A stretch of 64,000 bases of DNA from Lama glama (taxonomy: Eukaryota), in contig CM052816.1 of assembly GCA_028534125.1 (NCBI GenBank), positions 76,634,001 through 76,698,000 on the forward strand, read 5' to 3'. This document shows, one piece after another, positions 39,801-50,525 of the stretch; position 1 is the first letter of the stretch, and each line of letters opens with the position of its first letter. A program made the position numbers and the translations under genes. A model generated the notes under the pieces. That model was not told the origin of the DNA and did no database searches. It saw only the letters and a list, made by a program, of their open reading frames with translations.

Positions 39801-40685
39801 TAGAGATATAGGAAACACTATGGAAATCAGTGCAGATAAAGTCATGTTGGGTGTCTACGCAGAGATAGACATACTGTGAGGGAAGCCAGGATATAATCTC
39901 TGTTTATACCAGATATATAGCTTATTTGGGTGGGTTATATAGATGTGAACGTTTTTGTTTATATCAATTTCATAGACAGAGTATTGTTTTTATATCTGTA
40001 TATACAAGATTATATTTCATCCATAAACACAGTATGTTTTACATATACACACAGACTACCCAGCAATTTAAGTGCACCCATATTTGCCATGAATGAGACA
40101 GGAATTCCTTTAAAGGGGGCAATCGCACGTCCAACTGTAGAAACAGCAGATCTGAGCCAGGAGCCACTGCTTCTGGCCAGAAAAGCCAGGAGTTAAGGCA
40201 GCCCTTTGTTCAAAGGTCCCCACGGGGTTAGGATGACCTAGGACGCCACATCACTGGAAGTGGAGATCCAGGGAAGGAATTTGCGCGATGAAGGTCGCTG
40301 GGTCCCACCCCTTTCCTGCGGAGTTTCCCTTTCCTGTCCTTACCCGCACCCTCCCCTGTGCCTGCTCCGCAGCCCCGCGAGCCCCGGGCTTCGGACGGCG
40401 CCGGACGGCTCTCTGCTCTCCTCCCGTCCGCCCGGGTTCCGGCGATCGCCCCCCGCTGGTGGGGCTCGCCCTGCCCGAGGGAGCCGGCTCCACTGCGCGG
40501 CCGCAGCTCGAGTTAATAAACAGTTAAGTTTGGAAGACTCAGCAGACACGTTGAGGGGGAGTTACCAAGCTCAGGCAGCAAAAACATCCCGGCGCATTCC
40601 TGGGGAGTCCTCAGCTGCCAGCATCTGATTAGAACCATATCTCGCCGGGAGTGGCCCGCGGCTCCGAAGCTCCCCGGCCGGCGGC

Positions 40686-40692
40686 TATTTAA
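40686..40692 (+). promoter_or_regulatory. DAB2: TATA-like box (TATTTAA)
   Basis: gcggcTATTTAAgcgcgg is an isolated AT patch inside the CpG island, ~90 nt upstream of the exon-1 donor. Confidence 0.6.
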
Positions 40693-40699
40693 GCGCGGC

Positions 40700-40778
40700 C
40701 GCCGTGTCGGCTGCTCGGCAGCCAGGAGGCTCGGGCACCGGGAAGTCATGCTCGCATCGCCGAGGCGCTAGCTAGCCT
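40700..40778 (+). other. DAB2: Non-coding first exon (5' UTR) of DAB2; start approximate, 3' end at splice donor
   Basis: ggaggctcgggcaccgggaagtcatgctcgcatcgccgaggcgctagctagcct matches my recollection of the human DAB2 mRNA leader. It is followed immediately by the canonical donor GTGAGT (40779-40784). Identification from memory, not a database search. Confidence 0.8.
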
Positions 40779-41009
40779 GTGAGTAGCTTTCCGATTCTTC
40801 TTCCTTTTGGCGACCTCCTCCCTTCCTTTGCTTCCCCTCCTTGGGATGCACACCCGGGACTGTTGGGGCATCTCAGAACGGAGACGGTGCACTTGGGCGA
40901 ACAGGCAGTTCTGTGGCCTGACATCCGAGGAATATTTCCACGAAATGCATCCACCTTTGGGGTCGGACTCCAGATGTCCAATTTGTGACATTTAACAAGA
41001 GCCTCCCTT

Positions 41010-41016
<7 letters not shown>

Positions 41017-41070
<54 letters not shown>
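41017..41070 (+). repeat. (TG)27 microsatellite
   Basis: Perfect TG run about 240 bp into intron 1. Confidence 0.97.
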
Positions 41071-41073
<3 letters not shown>

Positions 41074-43807
41074 AAAAGCTCTGCGGGCAGCCCGAGTCGG
41101 TCACTGGTGTGGCTGCTGACCGCCAAATTAACTCCTCCAAGGGTGTTTATTTTTGCCGTGTGACAAAGGCTGGGAACCTGGCTTGCGCCCACGAGAAGCT
41201 TTTTCTTGATGACTGGCAACGAATGGTATTAAAATATGAACTTCGTCATACACCCGCCTTCTTAAGAAAGTATCTGCCCAGGAGACTTAACAAACTTGTT
41301 TGAAATCCCTGGAGCTCGGAGCGTGTAAACGGTGTTTGCCCACAGGCGGTGAGCCGGAAAGATGAAGTAAGAATTCTAGAAAAGGGAAAAAATGAATGGG
41401 TTAAAGCCGTCGAGCCCCAGTCAGCATAGCGGTTTTCATAGCATAGAGCTGACTCTGTTATTTGTTTCTGCCGGCCTTTCCTCTTGACTTCATTCTTAGC
41501 CTGGAATTCAGGTCCGCCGTCAGTGTAGCAGGGAGCCGGAGCCGTCTGAGTCTAAAGGGAAATCTTAACTGGATTAAAAACACTTAAAGAATCTGGAAGT
41601 TATCTCCACCATATCCACAGCGCCCCCCCTCCCGGCCCCCCGCCATCCTCTTTCTTTTCAGTTTGTGTTTGGAAGGAAGAGAGACACCCTGTAAAATGAG
41701 AAGAGCAGAAATAAGCTTCCAGACACATGGAAAGACTTAAAAATTATGGAGGGGCGACTTCATGAATAGTAAATGTTGTTATTGCACTGTAAAGTGATTT
41801 AATGAAAAAATTTCTGGCCCTAATCAGGCAAAGAAGGGGAGTGGAAGAGAGGGAGGTAAGACCGAGTTAACTCAAACAGAAGTAATAGCTGAGGAAAGGG
41901 GGCGGCTGCAAGAATGCCTTCAAGACATCTGATAAGGGTCCTGGAATGGCTTTGATGGGCTATATAATTGATCTTCCTGCAGGCTTGAGGTTGGCTCCCC
42001 ACACAGGAGCATCTACTGTCTGGGTGGGAGGGAGGACCTAGCTGGGAAGGGGACACATTACAGCTACCAAATGGCTTGCCTCCACGCTCCGTGACACCTC
42101 CACCTTGCTTCTTAAACCAGCTGCCAGACCTTGATTAGGCTCCTCTCCTCTGGGCCAAGTGCCCCGCCCACCCCAGGCTCTGCCTGTCCGTCACTGAAGG
42201 AACATAGGCCTCCATGACTCTGTAAGAAAATTTACTGCCATGAGAATGCAGGAGTATTTGAGATTGGGCTCTCCTTCATCTCTGGGGACGGACCTTTTTG
42301 CTTGAAGTGCTGGGTATGTGGCAGTAAAGCCACTCTCAATCCAACGTGCAGTGTGCAGTCAGAACAGTCTCGTAGAGAAAGCACAAAGGAGGCCTAGTGG
42401 TTTTTCCCAGTGTGTATTTCTGAGACTGATTACTTCCAAATACCTAATCAGTATCCTCCCAAGGCGGACTGGATTCTTATTCCTGTTGGTGGCGAATAAC
42501 TTAACTTCCCCTTCACTTCCCACTCCTGACTCTCTCCCTTTTTATCCAAATGGCTGCCCTAAAAACCAGCTCTTCTTAAGCCATACCCTTCTCTATTTTA
42601 ATGCATGACCAGAACAAGTAGATGGCAGGGGAATGCCCTCCAACTCTGAGCTGTGTGACACACATGGAGTCCTAATTCTGGAGATCTTGGACACAGCCGA
42701 TCTTCTTCCCGTAAGAGAAGGAAGGGAACCGCAGAACCTTGCCTGATTTGTCAAGGACGGAATCCAGATTCTGCATTTCCACCTGAGACTTTTTATAGTT
42801 GTAGATTCGACTCAAAGCCCAAACTCCTGTGCATTAGGCTGACTGGTTGCCTTGCCCAAAAGGTCAGATGGATTTCAGCCATCTTGTCTGGGTTGAAGAG
42901 AATTGCACGAAGGTGGTACAGGGACCTCAAGAAGCTACTGACCAGCTGGTTGGGGGCAGCATTTATCAGCCGCACCCCAGCTACCTGGAGATTTAGGGAG
43001 CAGGATGACATAAGCCTCGGTGAGTGGCTCCTGGGCTAGGTATGTAGCAGTAATTCTCCTAGGAGGCTTTTGGAGGTGGGAGCTCTTGGTGGTACGGTCA
43101 TTATGAGCTGCTTTGTTTCTCATTCTCCCTTCATGTGTCCGTAAGCCTGAACCTCCTACCACTGATACTTTTAACCTGGGTGGTTTTGAAAGTTCCCTGT
43201 GTCTCCTTCCTCAGTCTCTCTTGACTTGAGGATTTAATTTATGCTTGTTCTTAAAGACAAAGCTAAGATCCTGAAATACTTGAGAAAGCTGCCAAAAACC
43301 AGGCCCTTCAGGGTATTAAGTTGCCCTAATGGTCAGCAGAACTTGATTCCCTGGGTGGAAAGGTTTGAAAGTGGTCTGGATGGGGAGGTTCTGGTATTTG
43401 ACCAAACACGGAAAGTGTTGTCCCTTCCAAGCAGAACCAGAAAGAGAACTAGACTGGCGATATGAAGCACCTGAGGAACAGGATGTAGTTTGAAAATTCT
43501 CAGGCGCTGCTATGTAATTCTAAAGTTGAAGCCGTGAAGCCGTGGCACTGAGTTGCACAGAGGTGGGCTGAAATCACCCTTAGTTGCAATAGCTGTGACA
43601 TCAGATATATGTGTGTTTAAGGGAAACCTAACTCATAGGGACGCATCCTGACTGGATTAATCCTGTGATAGAGAAGGAAAGCAGGCCATTAAGTCCCCTT
43701 CCTCTACAAAGAACATGCTACTTTCTGGTGAGGGGACCAAATGATGCTGAGTTTGGACACGAAGGGCCAGCACGCGTGCCAGTTTCTGCCTCCCACCTAG
43801 CGCAGTC

Positions 43808-44216
43808 CCTAGTGGTGGAGAGCCTGAATTCCAGAGTCCTGCTGCCTCTAATCCCAGGGAGTTCCAGATTCGCAAATACTAACTACTATATATAAAACAG
43901 ATAAGCAACACACTTCTAGGGGGTGGAAGGCGTGGAAAAGAATATGAAAAAGAATCTCTATATGTATATGTGTGACTGAGCCATTGTGCTGTACACCAGA
44001 AATTGACACAACAGTGTGAAATGACTATGCTTCAAGCAAAAAATCAAATCAAACAAACAAACAAACAAAACTCCCAGGGACAGCACTGCTGCTCACGTGA
44101 CCTTGGGCAAGTTGCACCGTCTCTCTGTACTTAAGCCTTCCTATCTGGAGAGAATGACAGTACCTGCCCCCAGGGTTGTTGGAAAGACTGTTAACCTAAT
44201 ATGCCTAGAATACTTT
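43808..44216 (+). mobile_element. MIR SINE split by an L1 insertion
   Basis: 5' half cctagtggtggagagcctgaattccagagtc…; 3' half cgtgaccttgggcaagttgcaccgtctctctgt…cagggttgttggaaagact. Confidence 0.7.
43861..44071 (+). mobile_element. Very short L1 3' UTR insertion with TSD
   Basis: gctgtacaccagaaattgacacaaca is shared with the L1 ends at 27.2 and 57.1 kb; (CAAA)n tail; TSD tcccaggga at 43852-43860 and 44072-44080. Confidence 0.9.
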
Positions 44217-45476
44217 ATTCTGTTTGACTTAGAAATTTTGTGCTTTGTTTCCCCTTTGCCCCCTGAACCACTGAATTGTGTATCTTTGTGAAAACTGAAG
44301 GCAGAATGGAGAGTTTCTTTGTCAGACTTGGACACTGCCTGGCTACCTGAAAAATGCTCATCATTCAAGCACTTAATACTAACAAAGCTTGGCATGTTTG
44401 CTGTGCTCCTGCTGAACGGACTGGGAGTTACTCTCTGTTCTCTGCCCGGAGCCTGCGGTTTGGTTTGGTCAAGCTGACCTCCTCTGGGCTCATTTAAGTC
44501 TTTCCCACCCCCTCCCTTCCAGACTCCCTACAGAGAGGGAGCAGTCCTTCCCCCTGAAGTCAGCATTATAGCCCAAGGAAGTGGGAAGGGAGGGACCACC
44601 CGTACTAACCTGAGGGACTAGGCTAGAAATAAGTCTTCTGGGTACATAGGGCCCCATACTGTCCTTGCCCACGGAGCTGGGCAGGTTGCCATGGTTACTC
44701 CCCTTCCTGACTCTTTCTGCTACCTTGGAAGGAAGCCTGCCACTCTTGGGTAAGCAAAATCTGAACAAATGGCTTCCTAGTCTAAAAATGGAAGTTACTT
44801 TTTTATTAAGTGAAGTAGAATCTCCTCTCTACCTACCTCATCCTTTTCCTCTCCTAGTAAACTTATTTTAATACGAAACTTTAATCCAAGTTGTCTAACT
44901 CTTGCTAATTCTTAATCATCACAATAGAAAAGCATTAAGGCTTATGACATTTCAGGAACATAAAAGCTGTTGCCCTTATATAGAAGCAACCTGGCAATTT
45001 TTCTCTGCTGCTAAAGCTTATAACAGCCCCTAAGCTAGCTAGAGGCAAGTGACCTTTAACTGCTTTAAACTGGTCAGAATTCTGAGTGAATGAGGCAGGC
45101 TGAGTGAGTGAGCAGCTGCAGGGATGTTACCAGGAGGCAGAATGCTTAGGGCTGTCACTTAGATTTTTAGGTAACCATAGAGGAAAAGGAGCAGGTAGAT
45201 GAGGAAGAAAGAATACTGGAAAAGCTGGGTTTGAAACATTCTCCAACCTGGAGAGATCTGGGTAAGCGATACATGGTTTAATGTTTTCTCTGGGTAAAAA
45301 GCTACACTATTTCTCCATAGCAATGTGATGCAAAGTGTTACTCTGAAGCAGACTTAGAGCTTTATGTGACAGATGAACTGCCACAAGTTCACATTTCACA
45401 GTCAGATTCATTCTTTCAAGATTAGGCCCTTAGTTAGCTTGGTGTGTAGTTCACAGCTAGAGAGAACCCATCGAAG

Positions 45477-45630
45477 ACTGATTCTCAGAGTGTGGTCCCC
45501 AGACCAGCTACATCAGCATCACTTGGGAACTTGTTAGAAATGCAACTTCTTGGTTCCCATCCCAGATCCACTGAACCAAATGCGAGCAGTAGGGTCCAGC
45601 TACAGCCAGCTGTACTTCAGCAAGCCCTTC
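45477..45630. mobile_element. MER5A fragment
   Basis: ttctcagagtgtggtccccagaccagctacatcagcatcacttgggaacttgttagaaatgcaa. Confidence 0.82.
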
Positions 45631-48600
45631 ACAACGTCTAAGAGTAACTTTCGTAATTCAGTTGTTCAATAGAAAGCATAACAAAGTATCTGAGTTACTA
45701 CAGCCATGGAAATAATAAAGCAAAGCATTTAAACATAGCTCAGTTTAACTGAGAGATGTTAGAGATGAAAGATGAAAAAGCACAGACCTTGACATTTTTC
45801 TTACTGTCTCAAGAATTGCTTTCTTGATTCTAGGAAAACTGACTCCTTAGTTTTATAGTATTACCCCATTCCCAAACCCTTCCCGCGCCTTTGGGGATTT
45901 TAAAGAATGGAATTAATCTCCATTTATTAGGAGACAGTCCCAGTCACGTCTTTTTTAAAAAGAATTCAGTAAACTAGATTATTATCCTTGAACCAGACAA
46001 TTTTCTCTAACTTATAAAACTTTTTATTTTGTGTTTTCCGTGCCATGCCTGGAGTACAGATGAAGATGAAGTTCTCTCCATAATTAGTGAATGAATCTAC
46101 TGCACTTAATTTTTGTAGTGCTTTAGGGTTTATGAAGTACTGTTCCATTCTCCTATTTGACTTTCGCTTTAAATAACTTAAGATAGAAAAGATAGCTCCA
46201 TTTCTTATTGCCCATATGATCAGTAGATCTCAGCTTGCCCAAGGTCATACCATTAAAGTGGTAGAGCCAGGATTCAAGCATGAATCTTGATGATTGAAAT
46301 CTTGATGTTTATCTGAATATTTAGTAAATGCCCATTATGTGAAGTATGTTGAGGCTGCCAATGGAAGAACTCCCAGTGAGTCGAAATCTAGAAGAAAGTC
46401 TACCTGATGTGAAGTAGAGAATGCAAAATCTAGACTTACAGTGGAATGAGAGCACTGCCATTCATTACCCGCCTTACAAAACAGTCCTAAGAATGACTGA
46501 TGCTAATCAGAGACTGATGTTTGGCAGAGATCACATCCTAGATGGAGATACAAGAGTATGATGTAGAAGTAGAGAACTGGAACCCTGGTTTTGAAGAGGC
46601 AGCAGAGGTTAGTGTTCAAGAGCTTGGGCTTTGAACTACAAATGACTGTGTCCACAACCCAGCTGTGCCATTTAAGACGAGAGGTATGACGACTGGGCTT
46701 CATCTTCTCCATCAGTGAAATGAGTTGCCTCCAAGTTAAAACGAAAGGAGAAGCCATAAAAAAAAAAAAAATGCTTCCTCAGAGCTGCTGCTTCAGAAAT
46801 GTACCTGCTCTAGGACTATAATTCTCAACACAATAACTAAGCTGATATTGGAAAATGGTCTCATTTTGGTTGTCTGTGGTCTTCAGGGAAACTGGAATCT
46901 AGAGATGAACACATTTGGGCTGGAAATGAGGAGTCTATCTTTCCTACAGACCATGAAACTATTAAATTTGAGGGTCAAGCAGAATGCAGCAATGCTTCAT
47001 AAACCAGTACAGGCACACAGATGTTAACTCTTAAGGTCTCACTTAAATCTCCCCTGGGCAGCACAGCTGAGTCCTCCTGAGGGCTAGAATTAATCCATAT
47101 CCAAATAACTGGAAAGTGAAGATAACTTCAACAACATATCCATGTTGGATGCAGCTGCCCTCCTTGTTCTAAACACTTCACCCACTTGTTTTTCATATTT
47201 GAAGTGTCCTATTAAGGGGCCAAGACCTGCTCTAATCTTCTGTAATACTTAATGCAGATGCTAAAGTGCTTTTTGTTACCATTTAGTGCAGCAAAAATAA
47301 GCTGAATGTGTCTGAACATTTGTCAGGGGCTCACATAGTCCTATGAAGAATGCTGAACCATTTGGCTTTGGGGCACAATGTTAATCTAGACTGGAAACAT
47401 ATAGTTTACTTCCAGATCAGAGGATCAGAAGTTGGAATGGTGGTACACACAGTAGGTGCTCAAATCTCCCTTTAAAGAAGATGTCAGTCGTGCTTTACTA
47501 CATCAGCGCTGGGTGGTGTTAGTGTGATCTGATGGTTCTGTTTGAGGGTTTCTTTTTTTAACTTTGCCTCTAAAGTCAAATATCTTAAATAAAATCCCAT
47601 TTTTGAAATAGAAAACAAATACGTAATTGATAGAACAGACTCTTCCATCCATAGCTGATTGACAACAGGAGGTTTAATTCTGCCTGGGCCCAGGTTCGAC
47701 TATAGCTGAAGCTTTTCAGAAACATTCAAGGACTTGAGTTGAAACCAGTTTTATTCAATGTCCAAGATGTCTTTGAAGGATATCTTAAGGCCTAGATGCT
47801 TGCTTAGCTGCCCAATAACTTGTTCTTGGGGTTTTTGATTTGTCGAGCTGGTCTGAAGTTCTCAACTAAAAGCTGATTGTAATTGAAAGCGGGATGAAAA
47901 TATTTACCTAACACCTGCTAGGGGACACATAGCCATCAACAGTTGCTGCCTACAAGAAATTTAAAGAAAATGACAACTGCTCAATTAACGCATGGTTTTA
48001 TTATAATTAAATGGTACTGAGAGGGGCCAGAGAAAGAAAGGGACTCAGGTGTGATAATGGACTTGGCCTTCAAAGAAATGGTGGAAACCAAATCAGCAAA
48101 GGTAGGAAGAAAAATGCATTCTAGGCAGAAGTGCATAAGTACATCATGCAAATATATGCCCAATGGATATCGATGGGCCAGTTTGGTCAGGAGAAAATAC
48201 AAGTCATGGAGAGATAAGGAGTGATATCATTCAAGAAGGAGAGATGGCTTGCACTGAGCCTTGGATGTCGGGACAAGAACTTAGGTCTTTATCTGCTAAA
48301 CAGAAGATCTCTTTATTAGTCAGGAAAACAAAATGCTGACTCAGCTAAATTAACCTGGCTGTCTTGGCAGGATGAATTTGAGTGGCAATTGCTTAGCAGT
48401 TGAAGAAAACCTTATATTTCACGAAAGATCAGCAAAGTAGAGAAAAGACTTGAATATTAAGGAGCAAATGGAAACTGTGTATTACCTCTAATGTTTTAAG
48501 TGCATTGCTGTTTACCAGACTATGTGGGGCCTAGAAAAGGAGGACAGGTAATGCCCTGACCTCAAAACTTCACTGAGTTACGGGAAGAGTCCTACATGGA

Positions 48601-48765
48601 TCAGAGGGCAGCGAACAGTCAGGGCAAGTGGAGAGAAATGGTAGGGCTTGTGAGAGGTCCGTGAAGACCTAAGACATCTTGAGTGGACTTTGAATGACAG
48701 GTAGGGATTCAGGCAGTTGAAGGCAGTAAGTGTTACAAGCTAGGGAGGTAACAAGAGAGGGCACT

Positions 48766-48801
48766 GTGGGTGTGTATGTGTGTTTGTGTGTGTGTGTGTG
48801 T
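48766..48801 (+). repeat. Imperfect (TG)n microsatellite
   Basis: Directly visible. Confidence 0.85.
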
Positions 48802-50384
48802 CCAAGGTAAATGGAAGAGACCAGCTTCTCAAGGGAGCAGATGGCTATGTATGTATTTACTGTGCATTCTATGTATGAAAGGCTTTGAATCTCAGGTAGA
48901 CTGTGAATAGAGGAATTGAACACTGATATCTGATTAATACAAAATTAGGAAAACCATGAGGTCTGATAGGGCACTGCTTCAAGAATTCAGCCATGAAAGT
49001 AGGTCAGGTAGAACTAGAATCTCTTACAACTCAGATTCTCATTGGACCCTTTGGAGAAGATGGAATTCATCCACAAAGAGGTTTGTCTCATCATGTATTC
49101 TAAATATATTATGAAATACTTGTGCTGTGTGAATAGAGCATATCAAAATAACACTGCAATAGGGGTTGGCTAATTGCGAGGAGCAAGGACACAAGGTAGT
49201 ATAGCTTTTTCGGAAGCAGGACTTGGGATGGTGATGAGGCAAGATTGGGGAGAAATGCCAGAACTAAGTAAAAAAAAGTTTGGTGAGGAAGAAGGAGAGA
49301 TATGAAAATAAAGGGTAATTATAAGAAAACAGAGGGTCAGAAGTTTGCCAGATTCAGCAGATATGTGAACATTCTAAGATAAAATCTTAGCTGCATCCTA
49401 AGCTACAGACAGTAACTTTGTGGATCTTTTAGGCATATCCATGAACAGAAGAAAATCTGTGGTTCTTTTTCCCAACAGTGTGTAGATACACAAATGTTTA
49501 GCCTTCTATACAAGATCCCTTTAATAGAAACAATGGGTGCAACTATGTTCTTTCTTAGGATCTGGACTCATATTTCATGCAGCCAACACTTGTTGAGGGC
49601 CTCACTGTTTGGGATGATAATAAAAGTCCATTTTCTTGTTGAAGGCTGACATTAACCAAATGTTACCTAATCTTCTCTTGCTAGTTCTTTTGTCAGTTAG
49701 GTTTGCTCCTTAGCCAGAACCACTAGTAGGGGCCCATGGTTACATTTTCAAATATCACTTCATTTAAATCTTTAGTTTGGCCTGATCTGAAAGCGACACT
49801 GTTGTCCTCTTTAAAAAGTCTGGTAATTAAGAGTGCCACAGAACATGTTTGGCTCTAGAATATAAAGGTTTGTGTCATCTCTGAATTGCTTGTGCTTCTG
49901 AAGTGACAAAACTGATGCTAAATGAGCATAGTGTTTCCTTCTGTGTTTATGAAAATAACATTGATTCAGAGCTTTGGATTTTACAACAAGTTGGCAGGAA
50001 ACATCATTGATACTCCTTCATAACCTAGTATATCACGAGATTTTTTTTTCCTTCTTCTGGCTCTGCCACACAGATGCCCTTCTGGATTGCAATACTGTTA
50101 AATGAGATTCCCAAATATTCATTGTAAGTATCCCTCATCCAGTTAATGTTTTAAGTAAACGTCATAACTTTAAAACTGTCTATTGAAGAGGGTAACTAAG
50201 CCCTTTAGACAAAATTTGCGTCTTTCCATGGTGGATACTAATAAAGAAGCAATTTATAGAATTCCTCAAAGTAGTCTAATTTGCCTTCTCTTACGAAACA
50301 CTATTAACGGCAGTGACGCTTTCTACCCTAATTGGAAGCATTTCCTCTAAAATACTTAACATCAGTTGTAACTATTACTTGCTT

Positions 50385-50525
50385 GTTCTCTCTCCTCTGC
50401 CTATACTTCAAGCCCCTTGAGAGTAGAGACCAGATCTATTTTTGTCACTGTGTATGTGGCATAATACAGAGTGTGGCACATAGTAGGTGTTCAATGAACA
50501 ATAAACCAGATCACCAGGTGAATAA
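50385..50525 (+). mobile_element. L2 3' end
   Basis: aagccccttgagagtagagacc…gtgtggcacatagtaggtgttcaatgaa. Confidence 0.78.

Larger units (their letters stand above)
40240..40920. promoter_or_regulatory. DAB2: CpG island / promoter of DAB2
   Basis: The only strongly GC- and CpG-dense stretch in an otherwise AT-rich, CpG-depleted window (e.g. cggacggcgccggacgg, gcgcggccgc). It surrounds a TATA-like box and a splice donor. Boundaries judged by eye. Confidence 0.9.

Noticed and set aside
40251..40995. Overlapping Pro/Arg/Gly/Ala-rich ORFs on both strands
   Set aside because: Expected stop-codon scarcity in a CpG island; no recognisable protein.
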